Origin: Basidiobolus meristosporus CBS 931.73
Lineage: Eukaryota; Fungi; Basidiobolomycota
DNA: 64,000 nt
NCBI GenBank assembly: GCA_002104905.1
Contig: MCFE01000017.1
Span: 62,001-126,000 of the forward strand
Direction: 5' to 3'
Of the stretch, positions 13,154 through 26,642 are shown piece after piece. The position numbers were made by a program, and so were the translations under genes. The notes under the pieces were generated by a model that had not been told where the DNA came from, ran no database searches, and worked only from the letters and a program-made list of their open reading frames with translations. Numbering within the stretch: position 1 is the first letter of the stretch; each line of letters begins with the position of its first letter.

Positions 13154-13651
13154 ATGAAGGCTTCTACAATTCTCGCCACCCTCTGCTTTGTTGCTGGTGC
13201 CCAGGCGGCCACCAATTACTTGATCAAAGCCGGTGCTGGAAACGAATGTGAGGCAGCAGATACCTACAACCAATGCATTGACAATGCTTTGACCGAGAAC
13301 TGCGCAGCCACCAATAATGCCTGCAACTGTAAACAAGCCCAGACATTGGTTACCTGTGTCGGTTTCTGCACCAAGGACCCAAGAATTGCTGGTTTAGGGA
13401 CGGCTCAGCAGAGTGAAGTTACCAGATGGTGTGCTGCTGCATCCTCCACTTCGGCATTGGCCTCCACTACCGTTGCATCCAGTGGCTCATCCTCTCAGCC
13501 CACCAATGCTCAATCCTCACCTTCATCTGCTATCTCTCAACCAGCTACTTCCCCTAATGGAACCAACGCCAACAAGCCATCGGGAGCAGGAAAGGCCGAG
13601 ATTAGCCTGGGGCTTTTGGGCATAGCCGCCTTAATCAGCTATGTTGTGTAA
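13154..13651 (+). CDS. Secreted, probably GPI-anchored 8-Cys (CFEM-like) protein, paralog 1
   Basis: Signal peptide, C-x8-C-x8-C-x6-C-x-C-x8-C-x3-C-x20-C domain, Ser/Thr-rich stalk and hydrophobic C-terminal GPI-like signal. TATATAA at about 13064. Confidence 0.75.
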   Translation: MKASTILATLCFVAGAQAATNYLIKAGAGNECEAADTYNQCIDNALTENCAATNNACNCKQAQTLVTCVGFCTKDPRIAGLGTAQQSEVTRWCAAASSTSALASTTVASSGSSSQPTNAQSSPSSAISQPATSPNGTNANKPSGAGKAEISLGLLGIAALISYVV

Positions 13652-13971
13652 ACATGTCATCTAGCCAATTGATAATAAACAGTAGTATCTATTCCCATAC
13701 AACCCCATGGACATCTATTAATATAATCGACAGGTTGTTCGGAACGAAGTTATAAATAAGATAAACATCGGCCAGATTGGTATGGAGTGTAGTACCATAT
13801 GAAACCTCTGAAGGCGGATTCATATGTTACTCTGCGAATGAAAATTTATGAAGGGGGTACTGCATTAATCTGTGAAACATCAGTGGTTTCCTCGTTTGCT
13901 TGGATACCTATATAACCCAAATACCAACTCCAGTAGTTCTTCACAACACCCAGCTGGACCTGTTCTCGACA

Positions 13972-14439
13972 ATGAAATTCACTTCCGCCCTCTCCCTCGC
14001 CCTTGTTGGCTTCACTGTTGTTGCTGCTCAACAACAAACTACGCTTCCTGAGCTTCCCGCCAACAATACTTGCGAAGATCCCAAAACCTATGCACAGTGC
14101 AGAAGCAATACCTATTCCAAGAGCTGTTTGTCTACCGATACACTTTGCTTGTGTCTTCAAATTGACAATGCTCTTGCTTGCATTAATTCTTGTAACAAGG
14201 ATACCAGAATCTCAAACTTCAAACCAACTTTTGTGCAAAACTTCCAAGCTTCGTGCTCCAACGTCACTCTGCCAACTGGCTCCTCAGCCATTCCTACTAG
14301 CGGAGGCTCCGGCACTGGCTCTACCACTGGTGGCACTAGTGCTCCCACCAAGAACATCTTGAATGGTGGTTCTTCATTGTCGTCTGTTAGCATTGGCACC
14401 GCCAGCATCGTTTTGGGTGCCATTGCCCTCCTCCTATAA
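13972..14439 (+). CDS. Secreted, probably GPI-anchored 8-Cys (CFEM-like) protein, paralog 2
   Basis: Starts MKFTSALSLALVGF. Same Cys spacing as paralog 1, shared Y.QC and KD.RI, Ser/Thr/Gly stalk and hydrophobic tail. TATATAA at about 13908. Confidence 0.75.
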   Translation: MKFTSALSLALVGFTVVAAQQQTTLPELPANNTCEDPKTYAQCRSNTYSKSCLSTDTLCLCLQIDNALACINSCNKDTRISNFKPTFVQNFQASCSNVTLPTGSSAIPTSGGSGTGSTTGGTSAPTKNILNGGSSLSSVSIGTASIVLGAIALLL

Positions 14440-14856
14440 TTCTTTGAACATTCCTCATTCCCATACTATTGCACCAATTTCTTAATAATCCATACACCGA
14501 TGATATCAATTTACAAATTTACCGTGTACTACACCCTATTCCACCCCAACAACTCCGCCAACAACTGAACCCATCTCTATAATAATAAAGTGTGGCTGCA
14601 GTTACTTTTGATATATTGGGCTAGCTTTAAACGGGTATTATAAATCGGGAAGGAAGACATCAAGCCCTAGTGATTTTTTGACAAAATATGGAAACTTAGT
14701 AGCATACCGCAGCGAGTGACCACTTATCAAAGAATCCTGCAGGGCGAATCAGCAAATACCGCAAAAATCTTAATGAATACGGAAAACGATCGAGATCTCA
14801 TAAATATGAATACTCCACACTCCGATGGTAACGGAGTTTTCAGCAAGCAACGTGAG

Positions 14857-15279
14857 ATGTCCCTATTTTCCTATCGTTCGAGAAATGAGTGCGAGCTCGA
14901 CCGGGAGGTGGACGAGTTTTTCGCCACCTTTTTCGGAGGTCGTCGGTTTGGCGACTACTGGTCTCCGGATATCGACATGTCCGACAACGGCAAAGAGCTG
15001 ACCGTACATGCCGAACTCCCCGGGGTGCGAAAGGAGGATATCTCCCTCGATGTGCAAGGAAACAACCTGATCATCTCCGGGGAATCCCCCATCAGAAAGG
15101 AGGTTAGCGAGAGCCGCACCTTCTTCTGCGAGCGCCGTTTCGGCAACTTCAAACGGAACATTCCTTTGCCCAACGATGTCGACACTTCCAAGATCAACGC
15201 CGCTTACAAGGACGGCATCCTGGAGGTGAAGATCGAGAAGAGAGAGGATACCTCCCCCAAGAAGATCAGCATTGTTTAA
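14857..15279 (+). CDS. Small heat-shock protein (Hsp20/alpha-crystallin domain)
   Basis: SPDIDMSDNGKELTVHAELPGVRKEDI, ERRFGNFKRNIPLP and AAYKDGILEVKIEK. Intronless and GC3-rich; likely start MSLFSYR at 14857. Confidence 0.92.
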   Translation: MSLFSYRSRNECELDREVDEFFATFFGGRRFGDYWSPDIDMSDNGKELTVHAELPGVRKEDISLDVQGNNLIISGESPIRKEVSESRTFFCERRFGNFKRNIPLPNDVDTSKINAAYKDGILEVKIEKREDTSPKKISIV

Positions 15280-15660
15280 CTGGTCCTTTCTCTTTCCTGC
15301 GAACCTTCCCGTCTTCGAAACGGTTCATGTATTATTAGTTGCGGTTGCAGTGGAAATAAACCCGTCCGTTCCGGCGGTTCTTTCCTGTCTTTTTATCTTG
15401 CCTATTTGCATTATTGGTGGCTAAAGCACGTTTCATGGTAAACCCTGGTGAGGGATAGTGACTGGACCATTACTACTCGCGATACTAAACACTTGGGTCA
15501 AACCAGCACATGCTAGCAGTAAAGGGATTTTGGGGTTGGCTTATCATTTTAATACTAACGGTTAGAGAGTATACGTTTGTGGTAATATGATATGTCATCT
15601 AATTAGCAAAAAGAAATGGGATGAAAATGACTAGCTCACGGGGAGTGGTGGCGATGTGGC

Positions 15661-17471
<1,811 letters not shown>

Positions 17472-17988
17472 GTTCTCTTCTGGTTTATTTCTCGTAGGCG
17501 GGATGAAGTTGAATGTCAGAAATTAATCTGGTTCTGGTGGTTTGAATGCGTTGGTCAAGCAGGAAATGCTCCAGCAAAAGGAGGTAGGGTATGATTAAAT
17601 TGGGAGACAGTTTCGTAAAGCTATCCTAAATTTCGGTTCCTTAGTATAGTTTTTCGTAATCAGGAAAAATCGGTAGGATTTCACTAACTTGGTCTGTATC
17701 CAGGCAGCGCAGGTTGCATTATCCGTTGATTTATTTATAGATTGGGCACTGTATCTTGTACCATATTTCCTACCCCATTTGTTTTGCGGTGCCATATAAA
17801 TATGGTTACATCATGTGCAGTATTTCGGAACATAGCGTTCAAGTATATTCCGGCCAGCGCTTGAGAAATTTTTCCTCGTCAGTTGAACCAAGTTGTACAG
17901 GCCAACTTCACAATAACTTCCAGTGTTCGACTGGAGGAATCAGATACACTTGTTTTGAGGAACGATCTCTGGTGGCGCTATTTCAACA

Positions 17989-19374
17989 ATGCACGACTTT
18001 ATGGAATATTGTTTACACACCTACTTTCGAGCTACCGGCTGGAATGACGACAACCATTACTCGAATCTCTCCTCTACCTCAAGAAGTACCCAGCGTTACT
18101 TTACTGTTGCACTTACCAGGTTACTGACGTCATCCTATTGTCTTCTCAAGGTCTTTTGAACTTCTCGATCCCATACGGATTCAGTTTCCAATTCTCCAAA
18201 ATCCCAACCTCCCTGTTTAAAAGCTCTTATTCCCTCCAAGCCATCCCCGCCTTGCAAGGTTCTGTGGGGTATTTGTTTACATCCAGACCTTTACACATAA
18301 ATGCTGCCGACGCTGCTGAATTCAGCGAGTTAGCTGAGAGGATTTTCGTGTTCAGTCGGGGCACGACTCGTAAAATACCGGCAGAGCAGGAGAGAGGCGA
18401 AACCGTTACCTCCGGTATGTACTTCAATAGGGCTCAGCACGTTCCGTGTTCGTTTCTGTATGCTGACAGGGCTTAATTTTAGCTGTGAAGGATTACCTAT
18501 TGTATGGCCAGCTTTATTTACCAAGCGGCAGACTGGAGGGGATTTACTCGAAGCGGATTTCCGAGAACGAGCAATTTGTTCTAACCGGTGTAAGCTCACC
18601 AAACCAACCGGGCACCTCACACGTAACTTGCTCTACTTTCAGTGTTTCGCCCACCAAACCTCCTTAACACGTGTCCTTGCATAGCTTACTGCGCAGTATC
18701 AGTATGATAATGGACGTCGATGCAACGAGATCTCGTACACTACGTACAAGTCGATCTTTGGTTTACGTACCCTTTGGAACGTTGGGCAATTGATTGAGGC
18801 TCCTCAGGTGCCTGGTGAGGAGAAGATTAAGAAAACCAGTCGACTTTCTGTAGGTGGCGAGTTGTATTATATTGCGAAAGAGAAGAGTGGCGGATGTAAG
18901 TGAAGGCATTAGGAACCAACTTCCACGAGATGAGGCTAACCTAGCAAATCCATAGTGTCCACTGGGATCAGATACAGATCCTTTGATGAACGTCCATTCA
19001 TAGCAACCGTCATTTGCAACCCAATGATGGGACACCTTACCGGTGGCTATACGCAAGCGGTGTCCGAAGACCTGACGCTATGCAGCAGATATGATTTCAA
19101 TGTTTACAGTTACGAAAGTGATCTCGCTGTTGGTGCGGAGTGGCGTGTCAAAGGTGAGGGCGTGATGAAGACCAAGTTTAGCGTCAAAGATGTAAGTGTT
19201 CCCGTTATGCCTAGATGGTTAGTATGAGGGTGTTTAACCCATATTTACTAGGGATTTGCCTTGATGTTTGACGGCCAATACCGCAAAGTTCACTTCACCT
19301 TTGGTGTGACCGCGGATATCCGCTCGCAATCACCGCTTCGTTCCATTGGACTACAGATACAATACTGTTCATAA
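17989..19374 (+). CDS. MDM10: Mitochondrial distribution and morphology protein 10 (ERMES/SAM beta-barrel)
   Basis: N-terminus MHDFMEYCLHTYFRATGWNDDNHYSNL, YLLYGQLYLP, NPMMGHL, LCSRYDFNVYSYESDLAVGAEW and C-terminal GLQIQYCS*. Confidence 0.92.
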
Positions 19375-19764
19375 TACAAGCATCTCCCATAGAGTCCCCT
19401 TTCCCTGCATGCATCCCAATATGTACCTAATTCATGAGCCACACTGCGAGGTCCTTGTCAGATAAGTTCTTGCTAGCAAGTGACAATAAAGGAAGGATCA
19501 TTCCATTTCCATAGTAAAGCTGTCTTCTATAGATACTTGTCGATCAATACGATTCGCAGCTATCTGGGAGTTGGATGGAGTGTTCTTGGCAATTAGGCCT
19601 CATATGCGTGGATCAATCAAATCATTGGTTTTGGTAGCCGATTGATGATTTGAACCATTCGAATAGAAAGCACCTCGCTGCGCCAAATCGAGTAGTGGCT
19701 GATTGAAAAGCTCAGCGGATTAGTGGTTATTACGACACTCGTTCGTAGATTTGCATTTACAGTA

Positions 19765-19820
19765 GGGTTTGGTCGGGTTTGGTCGGGTTTAGTCATACTA
19801 TGCAATCTACTCTTATATAA
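19765..19820 (+). promoter_or_regulatory. Three tandem 10-bp repeats plus a TATA box upstream of the GH8 gene
   Basis: GGGTTTGGTC-GGGTTTGGTC-GGGTTTAGTC at 19765-19794, TATATAA at 19814-19820, ATG at 19862. Confidence 0.5.
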
Positions 19821-19861
19821 GCCTAGTATCGCCATTATGACGCATATTAAATCGGTCACGA

Positions 19862-20929
19862 ATGAACCCAGCCATTGAACAAAAATACGTTGCTTGGAGG
19901 AACAGGTATCTCCGTTCTGCTAACGGTAACAGCTATTATGTGTATTACAACGACAAGGACGAAATCGAGAAGGTGGGCAAACTAAAGCCCGTCACCTGCA
20001 GTGAAGCTCACGGTTACGGAATGCTTATCGCGGTGCTGAAAGATAACCGGCAGGACTTTGATTGTCTAGTCAACTATTTCGAGAGCTTCAAGAATAGAAA
20101 AGGCCTTATGGCTTGGCAACAGGTTATGGACTTGCACACGGGAAGGCTTACCAATTCTCCTGATGGCGGTGAGAACTGTGCCACTGACGGTGACCTTGAC
20201 ATAGCTGCCGCGCTCTTCATCGCCGCCAAAACCTGGAATGAGCCCTCCTACAGGGATAAAGCAATCTCCCTCTGTCAAGCCATATACAAGCATTGTGTCA
20301 ATTGGAAAACGTGCATGTTCCTCCTAGGGGACTGGGTCGAGCATGGCTCGAAGTATGAGAAACTCACTCGTCCCTCGGATTTCCTGCTCACCCATTTGCT
20401 TCTGTTCTCGAGGGAGGATGCCCCGGAAAGAAGAGATGGATGGACCAGGGTCCTAGAGGCTACTATTCGGACCATTGAGCACCAGTTAACCCTACATCCG
20501 CATACTGGTTTGATTGCGGACTTCCTTGAGTTTAACGGGCACGAGTACGTGCCGGTGAAAGGTGAAGTACTGGAAAGTAAGCATGATAAAGACTACAGCT
20601 GGAACAGCTGCCGTGTCCCCTGGCGCCTATCGATATACTACCTTGAATCGAGAGATATTCGAGTATACCCTATCCTTCAGGCTCAAGCCAACTTTTTTGC
20701 TCATCAATCTGAGGTCAAAGCTGGGTACAAATTGAACGGAAAGGAGCTGGAAGACTACTCGGATCTAGCGTTCATGGCACCAGCTGCTCTTTCCATGTGG
20801 CTTATCAATCACCCAAAACTGGGTGAGGTGCAGGATCAGATGGACGAACTTGATGACAACACGTACTTTGGGGAAACCATTGCGCTACTCTGTCTGTTGC
20901 AAGTCACCCGCCCACATTTCAATGTATAG
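19862..20929 (+). CDS. Glycoside hydrolase family 8, GH8b chitosanase/lichenase type; intronless, no signal peptide
   Basis: KPVTCSEAHGYGMLIAVL, ATDGDLDIAAAL, TRPSDF, TGLIADF and VLESKHDKDYSWNSCRVPWRL are GH8 signature blocks. Single 355-aa ORF. Confidence 0.9.
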   Translation: MNPAIEQKYVAWRNRYLRSANGNSYYVYYNDKDEIEKVGKLKPVTCSEAHGYGMLIAVLKDNRQDFDCLVNYFESFKNRKGLMAWQQVMDLHTGRLTNSPDGGENCATDGDLDIAAALFIAAKTWNEPSYRDKAISLCQAIYKHCVNWKTCMFLLGDWVEHGSKYEKLTRPSDFLLTHLLLFSREDAPERRDGWTRVLEATIRTIEHQLTLHPHTGLIADFLEFNGHEYVPVKGEVLESKHDKDYSWNSCRVPWRLSIYYLESRDIRVYPILQAQANFFAHQSEVKAGYKLNGKELEDYSDLAFMAPAALSMWLINHPKLGEVQDQMDELDDNTYFGETIALLCLLQVTRPHFNV

Positions 20930-21229
20930 CCCGTCTTGTTCATCTTTGTTGTATTAAAATGTAGAATATGAAGCAGTTTCAATGATATTTGTGACAGTTG
21001 TTTGTGTTTTGAGGGGATCCATGACTGTGTATAGTATTGCCGCATACGATCTCATCAATAATTGTCAACATCTGGATCGACAGCAGCGGTGATTGGTATC
21101 AGTATAATGGTCATATGTAAGGGACTCGTTACCACGATGAAACAAATGGGTATCCTCCCTACCATATCGTTAACTGAATTTTTCCTGTTGCTTTATTGTG
21201 ACGCCCTTCTTCCTGATTGCCCCTCCCTA

Positions 21230-22019
21230 CCAGAAAAGTGAGAGTTTCAACGGAAGTCTTGCACGTTTCCGCCATTCCACCGCCCCCTCGTTTCCCCCTC
21301 CTATGACCGAGCTAACCATCTCAGAGCCATCAAGGCTCCCATCCACAGCAGATGATGGTTGCTTTACTTCAGAGAAGCAAAGCCTGATTTCTGACCTGGG
21401 GGAGACCTCGACCAACCCGAAAAAGGGCCCCTCTTTCTTGCTGATGCAGGTTGACGGGGACATTAGCATCGTGAGGATTCATTTCGGTAGACCAGCCAGC
21501 TTTTTGTTCGGCGAGATTTCGTTTACCTAACTACCGTTCTTCCCACTAGAAACCAACAACGACTCACTCATACTGCTGAAGGCGACCCTACTAGTCACTT
21601 GTCTGCTGCTCCTGATCCTATTTCTCTACGTCGTAATAACCCAAGATATCATACCTTTATTGCGCAACCCCAGCTCCTTCCTGGTGCTTTTAAACTTCAG
21701 AACCGTCGTATCCTTTGTCATGATCATATGGTTCATTGCGTTCTGTCTGCTGTCTCACTTGGTACGGCTCAACTTCGATCTGGCCCCCGAAGGAGAGCTG
21801 TTTTTCGCCGACATTCGAAAGGAACTCCCCAAATGTAACGTATGCGTGCTCCCTGGTGGAGAGGTCAGTATGCTGGTGCTGGATCCTGAGAAATCCCAGC
21901 CTGCAGAGAGGAAGGATAGTGTCACCAGTCAGGAGCGTAAGGAGGTCCGAACAGCATTGCTCGCAGACGAAGACAGCGAGGCTATCGAGCTGCGAGAAGT
22001 AGAGCGGTATCCATCCTGA
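21230..22019 (+). CDS. Hypothetical two-TM membrane protein; exon structure uncertain
   Basis: A spliced reading across a GTAGAC..CACTAG intron gives two hydrophobic segments (LLKATLLVTCLLLLILFLYVVI and VVSFVMIIWFIAFCLLSHLV). No family recognised and the 5' end is not resolved. Confidence 0.4.
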
Positions 22020-22523
22020 CGTTCATGGAGCATTCGTAAGTACATGGAGCTGCTGGTACATGGCCATGGTCACTTCATCCCCTGATCTCGTGAGCCCGTA
22101 CATGATGGCCGAGTGGCGGATAATCTCCGAATGGTGGATTCCCCCAGTAGTGTCCAACATCCAATGAAAAGCTAGCGACACTACACCGCCCAATGGAAAA
22201 TTCTCATCAAGGCTCGGTTTACCCTCACTTGAGATCAATAAAATGGAATTTTTTCGAGATGTTCCTGCTGGCCAGATAGCGCGAAGAGCCGCTTTTCCAT
22301 CAGATAGTCGATCAATTCGATCTTTGGTTAGTGTGAGTCCAGACATGCTATATCCGGCTTATTGATATCAGCCAAGTCACGCGAAAAGAGAATTTTTATG
22401 GAAGTCTATAATGTGTGACGAACCGAGTACAGGCATACAAGGTTAATCAGTGAACGATGTACAAAAAAATCCATTCGACGAGGAGGCTGCGAATGGTCAA
22501 AATTCTATGGGTCTAAATACAGT

Positions 22524-24314
22524 CTAATCTAATATACCGGCAAGTTTGTGATAGCTGGAGATACACTCTCGCTTGGACTCCTGGTGCCACCAGGTGTCCC
22601 CAAAAACCCCATGTTCCCGGACTCGCGCCATCAGGTCGCTCGAGAGGCCGTCCTTTACGAAGAAGCATTTCGAGCAGTGAAGGTTGGTGATCTGTAGGTT
22701 GGGCCGTAGAAGTAGCAAACTGAGGATATCTTCATCGTACAGCCTCGAATGGTTGCAAATGCTCAAGCCTTGCAAGTTCGAGCAGTACTTGGTGATCCCC
22801 TTGCATATGCGACTCGTAACCATTCTGCCTCTCAAATCCAGGTAGTGCAGCTGACGGCCAATGGCCCTGAGCAATGGAAGGATGTTGATGGTTTCTGCCG
22901 AGGATCCGCAAGCCTGGAGATGCAGGTTTCTCAGCTGCCTACTATGGGTTGAGATGGCTCGCAAAATTTGCTCATTCAAACGCAGTCCGTTGAGATTCAG
23001 GTATGTCAGGTGGTTTCGATTGGAATTCACGATAGGTTCGATGGAGTCTTCGGTAATCCTGGTTTTGGCTATGGAGAGGCTACTCAGGGAATGACAATAT
23101 TGAGCAATCAATTGACCGATTCGATCGTTCATCCGGTTGTTCATGGAGATATCTAAAATCGCCAGCCCTGCGCCGCATTTGGACAGTATCGCGGTCCAGG
23201 CTCGAATGCCAGGTCTCTGATTGTGGGAAATGTTTTGAAGTCTTAAAGTGTGTAAACTATGGCCAATGTGTTCGGCCAGGAGCTTGATCGAAGGATTGGT
23301 GGCTCTTGTGTTGTGGAGACTGATCGAAGTGACCGAGTTGCTTAGTGATTTCCAGAGAGAGGGGGAGATCTCTCGGGCGCTGGTAAGGGAGATACCCAGC
23401 TCTGTCAGACGGCCAGGGAAATACCGAGCGAGGTCGGTGCATACTTGATGGAAGATCCGGGATGTGTCATCGAAGCGAATGAAGCTCAGCGAGCGAATGT
23501 CGCGGCAAAACTTGCTGATCCCTTGGATATACTTTGATGTGAACGTCCCTCCCACCACTGTTAGCCTTGTCAGATTGGGGGCTATAGGGAGGAAGACTTT
23601 GAAAAGAAACTCGTCCACGAAAGGCCCAGCGATCTCTAGAAACGTGAGTCTTTTGAGCGGCCGGATATCCTGGAACTCAGCAAGTGTTTCTTCATTGAAA
23701 TGGGTTTTTGACATACGTGACTGGTGGGGTTGAAATTCATCAAGATTTTCAACTCCTCTATGTGCGAGCATTGCCTCACAAGATACGCGATATCAGCGAA
23801 TAGGTCCTGATTGCATGTGGTGACGGTCAATGTCAGTCGTTTCAAGGTGGGGAAAGTAAAAAAGAGCGAAGAGAGGAAAGCGCTGTTCGGCCGCCGTTGC
23901 AGGTAATTGTCGAAGGACAGGATGGATAGGTTCTGCAGGTGAGGTAGGAATTTGATTAACCGTTCGATCAGGTGTAACGATACCAGGTTTCCTTTGTATC
24001 TCTCTAGGTCCAGCTCTCGGACATGTTGTGCTACTATATGGGAGTGCCATCAGACACATGACATGCCATCCATGAATCCAAAAGAACTTACCTTTATTAT
24101 TCACAGCCACGGCATTCATAAATGAAATTAGGCTACTCTTCGAATGAAAGGTTGGCTTTCTCCATAAAAGACGGGTGGCAAAATAATTCCATTCTATGTT
24201 GACAAGTGAGCAGGAGTAAAGATCCTTTGGAGAGTCATTTAGGAAGGTGAAAATCAAGTGTAGTAGTTCGCCGGAGATACGACTTGATATCGGAGTGGAC
24301 AGCGAAGAGACCAT
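22524..24314 (-). CDS. F-box / RNI-like leucine-rich-repeat protein
   Basis: F-box-like ELLHLIFTFL...LYSCSLVNIEWNYFATRLLW. A 47-nt GTATGT..TTCCAG intron reconciles the frame shift near 23670-23716. Repeated L..L.L..C/N LRR units follow. Confidence 0.85.
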
Positions 24315-26642
24315 TGAATTTCATGTGCGGATAGTGCGAATGGAGTTCTTTTATATCCGAGCTCACCGACACACTGCTCCCATATATGAGATTTTCAGAA
24401 GGTTCGGCTGAGATTCATAAAATAGACACCTATTTGCTAATATATCGCCGAATGACCCTGTTTCTATCAGGGCAACCCAAGCATGCCAGTAACTGAAGGA
24501 ACCATAACAAGCTCATGATTCGTCCAAATATACACTCCGTTGATCATGGAGTGCAAAGTGAAGATTGATGCTTAATCCCTTACTTCCACTACCGACGGGT
24601 TGTTAATCACTCATTGCTACACGATAGCGGCCCCTCAAATGGACGCAGCTATTTCTCCTGATGCGAGAGATCAAGCTAAGGAGACCGTTGCAGGCGTCAA
24701 TGTGCTGTATCCCAAGGAGATAATATGATTTTTAAACTCTCATACCCTGAAGAGCACGTCATGCACGGCTGGTTTGTCCAAGAGTTAGCCACAGAGGCGA
24801 TGCTACATATTGAACGCAACTAATCATACATCGCATATGCTGATCGACACTATCTTTACTGCTCTTACATATTGGAGTATCTTTCCAAAATGGCTCTTCG
24901 ACCACACCACCCCAAAATCCCTATCCCCCATTACGGTTAGTTGTATGGGTTTCCGTCTGGCGCTTTAGGAAGTTCCTTCTATGATCGACCCACCAGTGAA
25001 GCTCATCGTGGGCACTATCCGTACCATGGATATGGTTTCTCCAGTTCAAAAAAGATCAGATACTTCAGGTGATATCCCAATTCGATGGTTTCATTGATCT
25101 ATTTGTTGCCAAGGATAATCTACAAAAAATCAAACAAACCATCCAATGATTAGCTCAAGCCCAGCCTTGTAGTGATAGAATGATGGTCCTGTTGTCACCA
25201 CCAATAAGCTGCCACCAAAAGAGTGTTTGTTCAAGGTCTCAGATGCCAATCCCTTCCTTGACATGTATCGCAGGCATTCGGCTTCATAATGCTCCCAACA
25301 TGTGGAGCCCATAAATTTCCGTATTCAGACATGACTCCAACACTGCATCGATCACCCCTACAATGCCAAGTCGGAAGGCAATGGTGGTGCAAGAAGTCCC
25401 CTGTCCGAGCATGGATTCCTCGTAAATGGCTTGTAAGCAGGTATGCAAGAAGCCATACGTGTCTTCTGAGCAAAGAGTGCTGATGGCCTGACGACTTAAA
25501 TTTCAAGGTATGTGGAGTGCCTGCCGATTCCATAGTTCATTATTGTGCATGTCCGTCACACTCATCGAGAGTGAAATTATGTCGGCGGCGCAATCTTAGG
25601 CAGCTCCTTCAATGTGTTGATGGTTTCGGGATGATTGAGATAAACTTCATCGATGAGAATGTGGCCCATTAAGCTGGTCCGGTTAACTAGTCCAAACAAA
25701 TCAGCAATGATCAGCAGCAGTTTAGCTTTTAGATTGGCCCTTGCTTACCCGTATGTATAATGGTCCTATAATGTCCTCAAGATGGGGCCGAATCACCAGA
25801 TGTCAGTCAGCCACACGTATAATATTAGAGAGCTTAGCCCGATTACAAACGGCAGAACGAGCTGCATAACGCTACTATTCCAAACTGCGATGGCATATCG
25901 TGTCAGAGTAGAAGATCCTTGATAGGGAGTGCTGATGTCCAATTATATATTTAAATCCAGTGTGGTGAATACCACACAATTGGGACTAGCACAGGGTGCC
26001 ATTAGCAGCACAGATTGCGCCTCAAAAATAATCCGCTAGTGACAAAAGGCCGAATCAGTTGTCATTTGTAAATGACAGCGAACCAAGATGGTATCAAAAT
26101 GATCCTGTAAAGGACTCTTTCCAAGGGGTTGGATGCAGTTACCGCCGCAACCATACGATTATTAGCGACCGGTTATTCCACTAGCGAGTTGTTAGAAATG
26201 TTGGTCTCTGTTTGGTTGTGCTTGATGAATCATCGGTGAAGACCTACAACGAAGGTGGAGAGGTAGTGATAGAGTTCGTTGAATCAAACTGCCTAATAGG
26301 GGGGGGGGGTGCCTCTTAAGGTCTGATCTATTCTAACTGCTACTAAAGCGGAATTAGCGGCTATGATCGTCATGGGCCATATCTCTCCTTGGTCATCAGC
26401 ATCTACATGCTGTGATTATAATATTCATCTGAAGGATATATGATACTATTGCTTGGAACCACGATGATTTCTATTTCGGCTCTTGTACGGATCATGTCAA
26501 TATCTCAGACTTATTACGAGCCTCTTGTATGATTGATGTAAAAAGGATTTATTGCAACCGAATGATGCTACTTTTGTATCTGGATGATTAGGCCTGTATA
26601 CTGGCGTATTATGAGGTATGCAGTTGAGTATAGAAGAGGGAA

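Noticed and set aside
14716-14856. 47-aa N-terminal extension of Hsp20 in the ORF track, and the 13900 start for CFEM-like paralog 2
   Set aside because: Codon style and family N-termini fit the downstream ATGs (14857 and 13972). For paralog 2 the TATA box lies inside the extension.
19837-19879. Out-of-frame upstream ATG overlapping the GH8 start
   Set aside because: Only 17 nt after the TATA box, so probably upstream of the transcription start; cannot be supported as a uORF.
22023-22346. 107-aa minus-strand ORF ending 3 bp from the neighbouring stop codon
   Set aside because: No motif or family recognised; may be a chance ORF in overlapping 3' regions.
25130-25720. Broken minus-strand text faintly like an isochorismatase C-terminus or a transposon relic
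   Set aside because: Similarity is too weak, with stops in all frames and no catalytic motif.
26299-26309. Run of 11 G
   Set aside because: Simple homopolymer, possibly a sequencing artefact; no further G-tracts to form a quadruplex.
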